This document shows, one piece after another, positions 12,801 to 24,800 of a stretch of 64,000 nt of DNA. Below the pieces are notes generated by a model, which saw nothing but the letters and a program-made list of their open reading frames with translations, did not search any database and was not told where the DNA came from. The stretch is taken from positions 2,356,001-2,420,000 of the forward strand of contig CAIIXF020000001.1 of assembly GCA_903813345.2 (NCBI GenBank), read 5' to 3'. Numbering within the stretch: position 1 is the stretch's first letter; the number at the start of each line of letters is the position of its first letter. This stretch comes from Owenia fusiformis (taxonomy: Eukaryota). Position numbers and translations under genes: made by a program.

Positions 12801-15800
12801 GAAAAAAATAGTTTTGTGATTTAAAAAATACTGTTTCTACCGACTTCAAATTTTCGAAATTTCGAAATCATCCACAAGTTCTTAGAAGTTCAAATCCAAC
12901 TTTAGATTTGAGACTTGACCTTCAATGAGATTCTCCATGTCAAAAAAGTGTTTTTTCAACTTGCTTCATATTGACCAAATTTTTTTCAAAATCTACGAAT
13001 TCTCGGAAGTTCAAATCTGACTTTAGATTTGAGATTTGACCTTTGTGAGCAATTAGGTGGTGACATTTTGTCATGTTAATGCCTTGTCTTTATTTGTACT
13101 GCAAATTAATAATTAAGTAGTGATAATTGATAAGAATAAAAAGTTGTTTTTAGGATTCATATGTGCTAAACTACTTCAACAACCGAAATGAGTACCTCTC
13201 TGTTGGCGCCCCAGTGTACTTTGTGGTGGAGGATGGACACAATTATACATCAAGAAAGGGCCAGGACAGTATATGTGGTGGCAATGGGTGTCCAGTAAGT
13301 TCTCTCCTAGGACAGATTTATACAGCTTCTCGAAGAGAGGGGTAAGCCACACCAATTATGTTTCTGATAATGAAATGGCAGAATAAATCAGTAGTTGTTA
13401 TTATTATGTCACCACCAAAAGTGGTGACATATTGTTATGGTCTCCGTTTTTTGCGACGGCGGTTGGTGGTTGGAGGTTGGCGTCCGGCGGTTGGTGGTTG
13501 GAGGTTGGCGTCCGGCGTCTGTAACAATTTCTTACAACTTCCTATAACTTAACAAATACTGTTTAGACTGACTTCAATTTTTTTCTAAACCATTTACATG
13601 TTCTCAGAAGTTCAAATCTGACTTTAGATTTGACATTTGACCTTCAATGACCTTCTCAAGGTCAAAAAGGTCTTTTTTCAACTTGCTTCACATTGACTAA
13701 ATTTTTTTTCAAAATCATCTACATGTTCTCAGAAATTCAAATCTGACTTTAGATTTGACATTTGACCTTCAAATCTGACTTTAGATTTGACATTTGACCT
13801 TCAATGACCTTCTCAAGGTCAAAAAAGGTCAAAAAGGTCTGTTTTCAACTTGCTTCAAATTGACTAAAATTTTTTTTCAAAATCATCTACGTGTTCTCAG
13901 AAATTCAAATCTGACTTTAGATTTGACTTAAGATTTGACATTTGACCTTCAATGACCTTCTCAAAGTCAAAAAAGGTCAAAAAGGTCTTTTTTCAACTTG
14001 CTTCAAATTGACTAAATTTTTTTTTCAAAATCATCTACATGTTCTCAGATTCTCAGAAATTCAAATCTGACTTTAGATTTGACATTTGACCTTCAATGAC
14101 CTTCTCAATGTCAAAAAAGGTCAAAAAGGTATTTTTTCATCTTGCTCCAAATTGACTAAATTTTTTTTTCAAAATCATCTACATGTTCAAATATGACTTT
14201 AGATTTGACTTTAGATTTGACATTTGACCTTCAATGACCTTCTCAAGGTAAAAAAAGGTCAAAAAGGTCTTTTTTCAACTTGCTTCAAATTGACTAATTT
14301 TTTTTTTCAAAATCATCTACCTGTTCTCAGAAATTCAAATCTGACTTTAGATTTGACCTTTGACCTTCAATGACCTTCTCAAGGTCAAAAAGGTCTTTTT
14401 TCAACTTGCTTCTAATTGACTAATTTTTTTTTCAAAATCATCCATCTTTTCAGAAGTTCAAATTTGACTTTACAAGTTCTCAGAAGTTCAAATCTGACTT
14501 AAGATTTGACATTTGACCTTCAATGACCTTCTCAATGTCAAAAAAGGTCAAAAAGGTATTTTTTCATCTTGCTCCAAATTGACTAAGATTCTCAGATTCT
14601 CAGAAATTCAAATCTGACTTTAGATTTGACATTTGACCTTCAATGACCTTCTCAAGGTCAAAAAAGGTCAAAAAGGTCTTTTTTCAACTTGCTTCAAATT
14701 GACTAATTTTTTTTTTCAAAATCATCTACCTGTTCTCAGAAATTCAAATCTGACTTTAGATTTGACATTTGACCTTTAATGACCTTCTCAAGGTCAAAAA
14801 AGGTCAAAAAGGTCTGTTTTCAACTTGCTTCAAATTGACCAAATTTTTTTTTCAAAATCATCTACATCTTTTCAGAAGTTCAAATCTGACTTTAGATTTG
14901 ACCTTTGACCTCCAATGACCTTCTCAAGGTCAAAAAGGTCTTTTTTCAACTTGCTTCAAATTGACTATTTTTTTTTTCAAAATCATCTACATCTTTTCAG
15001 AAGTTCAAATTTGACTTTACAAGTTCTCTGAAGTTCAAATCTGACTTAAGATTTGACATTTGACCTTCAATGACCTTTTCAAGGTCAAAAAGGTATTTTT
15101 TCAACTTGCTTCAAATTTACTTAATTTTTTTTCAAAATCATCTACATGTTCTCAGAAGTTCAAATCTGACTTTACATTTGACATTTGACCTTCAATGACC
15201 TTCTCAATGTCAAAAAAAGTCAAAGAGGTATTTTTTCAATTGCTTCAAATTGACGAATTTTTTTTTCAAAATCATCTACCTGTTCTCAGAAATTCAAATC
15301 TGACTTTAGATTTGACATTTGACCTTTAATGACCTTCTCAAGGTCAAAAAAGGTCAAAAAGGTCTGTTTTCAACTTGCTTCAAATTGACCAAATTTTTTT
15401 TTCAAAATCATCTACATCTTTTCAGAAGTTCAAATCTGACTTTAGATTTGACCTTTGACCTTCAATGACCTTCTCAAGGTCAAAAAGGTCTTTTTTCAAC
15501 TTGCTTCAAATTGACTAATTTTTTTTTCAAAATCATCTACATCTTTTCAGAAGTTCAAATTTGACTTTACAAGTTCTCAGAAGTTCAAATCTGACTTAAG
15601 ATTTGACATTTGACCTTCAATGACCTTTTCAAGGTCAAAAAGGTATTTTTTCAACTTGCTTCAAATTTACTTAATTTTTTTTCAAAATCATCTACATGTT
15701 CTCAGAAGTTCAAATCTGACTTTACATTTGACATTTGACCTTCAATGACCTTCTCAATGTCAAAAAAAGTCAAAGAGGTATTTTTTCAATTGCTTCAAAT

Positions 15801-18800
15801 TGACGAATTTTTTTTTCAAAATCATATACATGTTCTAAGAAGTTCAAATCAAACCTTCTTAAGGTCAAAAGGTATTTTCCAACTTGCTTTAAATTGACCA
15901 AATTGTTTTAGGTGGTGACATTTTGTCATGTTAATGCCTTGTGTTAAAAGTTTGTTATCAAGTCTTCCTTCGAAAACTGTGCTTACACGACATATTATTG
16001 GAAGAACAACAATATATTTTTATTATTGTTAGTTGTTACAGAATCTGTAGTTTTACTAAGGAATAACCAACAGAGATAGTGACTTTTATTTGACTTGAAG
16101 TTTAAAATACATGCAGATTCAGAGAATAGCACTGCGCATTTATAAGTATTCATCTCTCTCTCACCAAATAAGTGATAAGTTAAAAGTAACTAGTGTGTTA
16201 AAGTATTTAGAGAAAGACTGTATCAAGTGTTCAAAGGCAGCATAACAGTGCCAGTAGTTATATAAACTATTTAAAGGAAAATGAAGAAGAACACAATATT
16301 GTTTTTATTCTTTCAATGTACAATGTACATATACTTAAGGTTTCAGCAATATTTTTTATATGATATCTGATATGTGCAGGAATTAGGGTTACCTAGTTGT
16401 GGTCTAGAGTTGCATCAACATATTAGCATGTAACTTAATTGAGTCTGTTCAAAATATCACTCATACTTATGATTTATGTATCTGCTTCAAGACCTCAGGT
16501 AATATTGTTACAACCTCCATCTTTAATGACTAGCAGTCTGTAACATCTGTTACAATTGTGTCACTTTTGTGCAGTATAGAAACAATTAGTTTTTTCATTG
16601 GATTGCAGATTCACTGTCAACTCATATAAACATATAAGCTTCAGCTGATTTTTTGTCAAATAAATGCCCTGTTTATGATTATTACTGTAGTATTTTTCTG
16701 TGTTTACAGAACAAGGATTGCCCATCCTGCCTCATCTTGGTTGGATGATTACTTTGACTGGCTGGCACCTGGTGGTAACCCTCAATGTTGTAGACAGTTC
16801 ACTAACAAATCATTCTGCCCTGCAACAGGTGAGTACAGTTACTTATTAGGGATTGCATCAATAAATAAGGAATTGTTATTCATCTTACTTCAAACTTTTT
16901 TAAATTTTGGTGAAATGGAGTCTGCAAAGATTGTCGCAGAAGCAATAAATGAAGAAGCATAATTAGCTAATTAAGCCAATCGAGTTAATATTACTAATTA
17001 GACTTTAATTAGCCAATAGTTACTTAAAAAGATGGTAATATGCAGGCCTGTAGCCAGGATTTGCCAAGGGGGGTTCACTTTTGGAAAAATTCCAGGGGGG
17101 GTACACTTGTGACAATTTTGGTCCAAAAAGGGCCAAAATCACTTAAAAAGTACTCAGAATGGTGAAAAACTGCATGATTTTGAAAGATTTTTTGGGGCTC
17201 AACCCATCGAACCCCCCGTGGCTACGGGCGTGATATGCCTTATTTTTAGGTGTGGGTTCATAAAAAGGCTATTAATTGTAAATCCTTATCACTTACATAA
17301 TTTTCGTTTCGATATTCTGAAACCCCACCAACAATTCTTAATTTGATAAATCAAATCAACATTATTGAATATAACATATATGCAGGCCTGTCAACTTGGG
17401 AACACATAACATGAGTGACTTACAAATGTTGAACACCTTCCTTCAAATTGTGGACACCTTGGTCCAGAACTGAACACCTTGGTCAGAATATTGGACACCT
17501 CTATTTATTCCCGCTCGCTAATACTCGCATTTATACAAATACGCAAGTTGCGGGACAGTTGGACAGTATATATTGTGGGAAAATTTCATTTTTTGTGTTT
17601 ATCCTTTTTAATTTTCCCACTGGTGCAGTTTTATGTTTAATTGGTCCATTTATGCAAGGGATAGGGAAACCCCTGCTCACAAGTGGGTATTCCAAGACAG
17701 GAAGGGGATTCCCCTCAATTGCTGCAATGCAGTGCCCCTGATTTCAAAATGTGTTCACCTGTGCCTATGACTCATGCCATCACATGAGAGAGAAGGAAGG
17801 TCGCCATCTTGAATGAAGCAGTGTGAATTGAAGTTTGGAAGAAAATCTACAATTATCGTGCTTTGGAGTAGCCATCAGCCAGTGATTTGGGATTAGTTAA
17901 GAAGAATAAAGCGGGAAGACACACCAGGACGTTTTAGAAGGAGAAACAGGAGAGGAAACTCGAATTTTTGCAGCACTGATTCGGGTGAGATTTTTCCTTT
18001 TTGTTTATGTGATTTTATGGCCAGCATGCTACTAGATGCCTCTGACTGACTATAACTTTGAATTTCAAGTGTACCAGAATTTGTGACTTTATGATCAGCA
18101 TGCTACTGAGATGCCTCTGACTGATCGTAATTTCTAGTTCATTGGGTATCCAGATCTACTGTGTGTCGCCATTTTGTGTCCCAGGCTTTCTAAAGTTAGT
18201 GAGATATTTGTCAGATTTAATTGAAAGCAAGAATAGCTTCATACTTCCATTCTTAAGAGTGCTGTAAAGAGATACATAGCTCAGTGTTGTCCTTGAGGAA
18301 GCAGCAAGGAACATACTGGAAGCAACCTTGCATTATAGTTAGTCCGGTTCCACCACTAGCTGTAAGGTGCAATTGAGAAACTTCCCAACACAGAGAAGTA
18401 TTTTGTCAGTTGGTTTCACCGCTGACAGAAGTAGTTCCAGGAAGACTTCCATCGCATCGAGCAGTGAGGAGCCTCCCTGGAAAAGTCAAGAGCCATAGAG
18501 GCAGAGCAAGGCTAAAGAGCCAGAAGAGTCACAGTGGACTATTTTGTCAGTTGGTTTCACCACTGACAGAGATAGTTCCAGGAAGACTTCCATCGCAAAG
18601 AGCTGAACGAGGAGCCAAGTTCAAGAGGAGCCAGAAGAGCCAAGCTCAAGAGGAGCCAGGCTAAAGAGCCAAAGAGCTGAACGAAGAGCCAGAGGAGCCA
18701 AGTTCAGAAGCAGAAGAGCCAAGCTCAAGAGGAGCCAGACTAAAGAGTCAAAGAGCTGAACGAGGAGCCAGAGGAGCCAAGTTCAGGAGCCAGAAGAGCC

Positions 18801-21800
18801 AAGCTCAAGAGGAGCCAGGCTAAAGAGCCAAAGTGCTGAACGAGGAGCTAGAGGAGCTAAGTTTAGGAGCCAGAAGAGCCAAGCTCAAGAGGAGCCAGGC
18901 TAAAGAGCCAAAGAGCTGAACGAGGAGCCAGAGGAGCCAAGTTCAGGAGCCAGAAGAGCCAAGCTCGAGAGGAGCCAGGCTAAAGAGCCAAAGAGCTGAA
19001 CGAGGAGCCAGAGGAGCCAAGTTCAGGAGCCAGAAGAGCCAAGCTCAAGAGGAGCGAGGCTAAAGAGCCAGAGAGCTGAACGAAGAGCCAGAGGAGCCAA
19101 GCTCAAGAGCCAGAGGAGCCAAGTTCAAGAGCCAGAGGGGCCAAGCTCAGGAGCCAGAGGAGCTGAACAAAGAGCCAGAAGAGCCAAGTCCAAGAACCAG
19201 AGGAGTCAGGAAAGAGCTAAAGAGCCATAGGAGTTGAGCCAAGTTTACGGGCCATAGGAGCCATGAAGAGGCAGAGGAGCCGAGCAAAGAGCTCAAGAGC
19301 CATAGGAAGGAGTAAGAAAGCAGAAACGGCCACTACCAAGCTTATAAAGAGAACAAGTGACATTTTAAGCTATGAACATTGAACTGTGTTATTTTCTTGT
19401 ATAGTTAGTGTGTGTTAAAATATATGTATTAAATTTGAAGCCATTTGTGACTGTCGTTTCATCCAGTCCACCAAACCAGGACTGGGCCCACAAAGAAGTA
19501 TAAGGTAGAAAATTACTCATCGCTTCCAGACTATAGGCAAAAGTCTGGAACGCGACATTGGTGGCAGCGGTGGGATCAGTGAGACGATAGTACCGAGCAC
19601 AAGATGGCAACATCAGACACAGATACAAGCCGAGCTATGGAGAGCAAGCTCCAAACAGACAAAGAAAGGGAATTAGAGTTAGATGGTGAGAAAACGGTGT
19701 TATTCAAAGGACAACAAGGAGGTGATTACATGACATTGGATGACACCATTCCTCTGGAAGATATGCCAACAACAGACAAGCAAAGGAGGTACCTTCATCT
19801 GCAAAGTACTGGATATTGGTCAGGAGCAGAGCAGCAGTTGCTGCCAAATTATGCTACTCCACCTAAGGGAACTCATGGAATTAATCAGCCAAGAACTTCT
19901 ACTGTGGAAGTTAGAGACAGTAAGATGGGTGAAGAATGTTCCATCCTGCAGAGAGAACTGGTGTCGCAGCAGCTACAAACCACCTTGTTGGCGAGCAATG
20001 TGAAAAAGCAGGAAGAATGGCTACATGAGCTGACGATGGAGCAGCAGAGGTTAAGAGCAGATTTGAGCCAGGGTCTGGGTTCATTTCAAAAGGAGCTTTC
20101 CCTCGGTTTGAGCTCAGTTCATGGAGCCCTACAAGCAATGGCACAGGCGTTAGAGCAATTAAGATCTTCACCAGAAGATGTAAAGAGTGAACATAGTCAT
20201 GTGAGCAGGCTGGACAGGATGGAGGAGGCGTCGCAGGTCTACCAGGCTCATTTAGAGCACCCACAGAAGCCAGTTTCTCAGCAAAGCAGACTGTTGTATC
20301 AGAAAACAATGAGTACAGATGAACAGACCCTTTCAAGAAACAGAGAAAGAAGTCCGGATGAATGTGTCCAGTCGCCGTTAGAGTCCAAGCATTCTAGAGT
20401 AGACCCACAAATGATGGTCAAACCAGTCCCCGGAGAAGCAGGAGGTTTGCTTCCTCCTTATTTGGATCAAGTTGGACGGGCAAAGCAGGAGCAGGAAGCT
20501 CCTTTTGAGCAAAATAGCCCCGTATGTTCCAATTGGGATAAGGGCACCACATATGAAGAGCCTCCGTCGACTTCTCAAGGAATGAGATTCCAAGCTCATT
20601 TGATGGAGGATAGGTTGCATCTGGAAGGGGGGAGACAAATGTTGCTCAGATCATCAGAACAGAACCAAGACATTAAACCAGAAGCAGAAGATCACAACCA
20701 AACTAGAAATCAAGAAACACCAAACTCTCCTGGTTGTACAACCATGGGTTCTGTACTGCAGATGGCCCAGAGAGCTATAGAGATTTGTGAAAAAGCGGTT
20801 GAATCATCAAATGCAGGGAAAAACGGCAGGATAAAACCCACACAAACGTTTGATGGATCACTTCCCTGGCCAGAGTATAAGGCGTATTTTCAAACATGTG
20901 TTGAAAACAATAACTGGACAGACAAAGAGAAGGCTCAGTATTTGGCCACCAACCTAAGAGGAGATGCCCAGCAGATTGTCTTGGAGTTGGAGAGTGGCTA
21001 CTGTTATGAGGACCTACTGGAAGCCCTTGAAAAGAGGTTCGGCCCAGGTGGCAAGGCCGATGTGTATGAAGCAGAGCTGTGTTGCCGAAAGAGAAAGCCT
21101 CGAGAATCCTTACAAAGTCTGGGGCAACATATACGACGACTGACGTCCATGGCTTATCCTGAAATGAGCCGGGATGCTCAAGATAGGCTCGCTCGTAGGA
21201 GTTTCGAGCAAGCAATTCCTGATGAGGAGCTGCGCCGAGCCATACACAGGAAAGAGCCATCAACATTAGACAAGAGCATAGAGATTGCTCTCAGAGAGGA
21301 GAGCTACCAAGAGTCCGAGAGGATAAGACAGGGGCTTAAAGGAAGGACAAAGGAACAAAGCATCTGCACTGTGGAAGAAGATTCTAATGAAGTTGCCAAG
21401 CTGATAGAGGGATTAAAGAAGGAATTGCTGACAGAAATGAAGAATCTTTTAAAGAAAGAAGAGACCCCAAAATCTCAAGTGAGAGAGGGTACGAGGTATC
21501 CCTGCAGGAGCTGTGGAGAACGAGGACATTCAATGACCACTTGCTCACAAACTAAGTGTTACAATTGCAATGGATTAGGGCATATTGCCACAGCTTGTCC
21601 CGAGCCTCAGCGACCTAGAACTGAATCAAGATTCAGTAATGTCAGCCCTATTAGGTTCTTGACCAATAATAGTGTTGACTTACAGCCTGGCAGCAGACCA
21701 GTGGTGCGGAAAATCCTTGCTGATGCAAAGTTTTGTGGAACTTCAATGCAGTTCCTCATTGATTCCGGAGCTGTGAGGAACATGATCAGCATAGGGAGTT

Positions 21801-24800
21801 ACCACACAATACCACCCTATCGACGACCCAGTCTGAAGCCCTCCTCTCGAGTATTTATACAAGCAGATGGCTCTCCTCTTTCCACATATGGTGAGATTTC
21901 TGGAGAGATAAACATTGACGGAAGAGCAACCTTGTTTACAGCAGTGGTTGCAGATATTGCCCAAGCTGGTATTCTGGGGTCAGAGTACATGTCCACCAGT
22001 GGAGCAGTAATAAACTTCAACAAGCTGGAGATGATTTTGGATGACGAGGCAGTGCTGGAGCAATATCATATGCAAGATGAGCAGACTCAAACTACCTCCA
22101 AGAAGACGTCACCCAAAGAGTGGAACAAGCAGATGCAGTCATCCTCGGACGGAGCCTCACCACTTCTGCCTTTGCGAAGATCTAAGAGAAATGAGAGGAG
22201 AGTGACTTTTTCTGAGGTTATGGGACAGAACAAGAAGACAAGGTTTGACAAGAATGTTAACAAAGAACCAAGATTCAGGGCGGAGGAAAGAGAAAATGAT
22301 AAATCAGAGATGAAAAACCAAAGAGAGTCTTTGGCAGACACTGATAGTCTTACAGTGACTAAAAAAAGGAGAGGGCAACTTTCCAGGTCACAACCCGGGC
22401 CAAGGAAACATGAGAGAGCTCATAACAGAAATCCTCCAGGAAAGGAGTATGTAAGAAGAAGTCCACGGAACGAGGAGAATAATTTCAGGAGCTTTTCATA
22501 CCACAAGGAGCCTCCTCGTATGAGCTCCTCGTACCAGAAGAATTGTCATCCTAAGACCTCGTCATACAAGGGAGATTTTTCCAAGAGCTCCTCACGCCAG
22601 AAAACAAGAAGTTCAATAAGCGCTCCTCTTTGGAGCATACCTAAGTCAGCGAGCAAAAGACAGAAAGACAAAGAGCCTCAGAGAGCTGATGAGCTCTTCC
22701 TATAAGAAGAAACTAGAAGTTAGCAAGTGAAGACAGTGTTTTATGTGAGGGCACATAAAAGCTAGAAGGGGGGTATGTGGGAAAATTTCATTTTTTGTGT
22801 TTATCCTTTTTAATTTTCCCACTGGTGCAGTTTTATGTTTAATTGGTCCATTTATGCAAGGGATAGGGAAACCCCTGCTCACAAGTGGGTATTCCAAGAC
22901 AGGAAGGGGATTCCCCTCAATTGCTGCAATGCAGTGCCCCTGATTTCAAAATGTGTTCACCTGTGCCTATGACTCATGCCATCACATGAGAGAGAAGGAA
23001 GGTCGCCATCTTGAATGAAGCAGTGTGAATTGAAGTTTGGAAGAAAATCTACAATTATCGTGCTTTGGAGTAGCCATCAGCCAGTGATTTGGGATTAGTT
23101 AAGAAGAATAAAGCGGGAAGACACACCAGGACGTTTTAGAAGGAGAAACAGGAGAGGAAACTCGAATTTTTGCAGCACTGATTCGGGTGAGATTTTTCCT
23201 TTTTGTTTATGTGATTTTATGGCCAGCATGCTACTAGATGCCTCTGACTGACTATAACTTTGAATTTCAAGTGTACCAGAATTTGTGACTTTATGATCAG
23301 CATGCTACTGAGATGCCTCTGACTGATCGTAATTTCTAGTTCATTGGGTATCCAGATCTACTGTGTGTCGCCATTTTGTGTCCCAGGCTTTCTAAAGTTA
23401 GTGAGATATTTGTCAGATTTAATTGAAAGCAAGAATAGCTTCATACTTCCATTCTTAAGAGTGCTGTAAAGAGATACATAGCTCAGTGTTGTCCTTGAGG
23501 AAGCAGCAAGGAACATACTGGAAGCAACCTTGCATTATAGTTAGTCCGGTTCCACCACTAGCTGTAAGGTGCAATTGAGAAACTTCCCAACACAGAGAAG
23601 TATTTTGTCAGTTGGTTTCACCGCTGACAGAAGTAGTTCCAGGAAGACTTCCATCGCATCGAGCAGTGAGGAGCCTCCCTGGAAAAGTCAAGAGCCATAG
23701 AGGCAGAGCAAGGCTAAAGAGCCAGAAGAGTCACAGTGGACTATTTTGTCAGTTGGTTTCACCACTGACAGAGATAGTTCCAGGAAGACTTCCATCGCAA
23801 AGAGCTGAACGAGGAGCCAAGTTCAAGAGGAGCCAGAAGAGCCAAGCTCAAGAGGAGCCAGGCTAAAGAGCCAAAGAGCTGAACGAAGAGCCAGAGGAGC
23901 CAAGTTCAGAAGCAGAAGAGCCAAGCTCAAGAGGAGCCAGACTAAAGAGTCAAAGAGCTGAACGAGGAGCCAGAGGAGCCAAGTTCAGGAGCCAGAAGAG
24001 CCAAGCTCAAGAGGAGCCAGGCTAAAGAGCCAAAGTGCTGAACGAGGAGCTAGAGGAGCTAAGTTTAGGAGCCAGAAGAGCCAAGCTCAAGAGGAGCCAG
24101 GCTAAAGAGCCAAAGAGCTGAACGAGGAGCCAGAGGAGCCAAGTTCAGGAGCCAGAAGAGCCAAGCTCGAGAGGAGCCAGGCTAAAGAGCCAAAGAGCTG
24201 AACGAGGAGCCAGAGGAGCCAAGTTCAGGAGCCAGAAGAGCCAAGCTCAAGAGGAGCGAGGCTAAAGAGCCAGAGAGCTGAACGAAGAGCCAGAGGAGCC
24301 AAGCTCAAGAGCCAGAGGAGCCAAGTTCAAGAGCCAGAGGGGCCAAGCTCAGGAGCCAGAGGAGCTGAACAAAGAGCCAGAAGAGCCAAGTCCAAGAACC
24401 AGAGGAGTCAGGAAAGAGCTAAAGAGCCATAGGAGTTGAGCCAAGTTTACGGGCCATAGGAGCCATGAAGAGGCAGAGGAGCCGAGCAAAGAGCTCAAGA
24501 GCCATAGGAAGGAGTAAGAAAGCAGAAACGGCCACTACCAAGCTTATAAAGAGAACAAGTGACATTTTAAGCTATGAACATTGAACTGTGTTATTTTCTT
24601 GTATAGTTAGTGTGTGTTAAAATATATGTATTAAATTTGAAGCCATTTGTGACTGTCGTTTCATCCAGTCCACCAAACCAGGACTGGGCCCACAAAGAAG
24701 TATAAGGTAGAAAATTACTCATCGCTTCCAGACTATAGGCAAAAGTCTGGAACGCGACAATATTTAGAAAGACAAATATTGGATGGAGACATGGTTGGCT

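Larger units (their letters stand above)
17574..24759 (+). mobile_element. Non-autonomous Ty3/Gypsy-type LTR retroelement encoding only Gag-protease (7186 bp)
   Basis: LTRs 17574-19557 and 22776-24759 (both 1984 bp, TG...CA, no difference spotted by eye). 4-bp TSD ATAT (17570-17573 / 24760-24763). PBS at 19559-19576. Polypurine tract AGAAGGGGGG just before the 3' LTR. Confidence 0.93.

Noticed and set aside
19604-22705. Domesticated Gag gene (Arc/PEG10/PNMA-like)
   Set aside because: Flanked by matching LTRs, TSD, PBS and PPT, and absent from the paralogous intron, so it is a recent mobile insertion.
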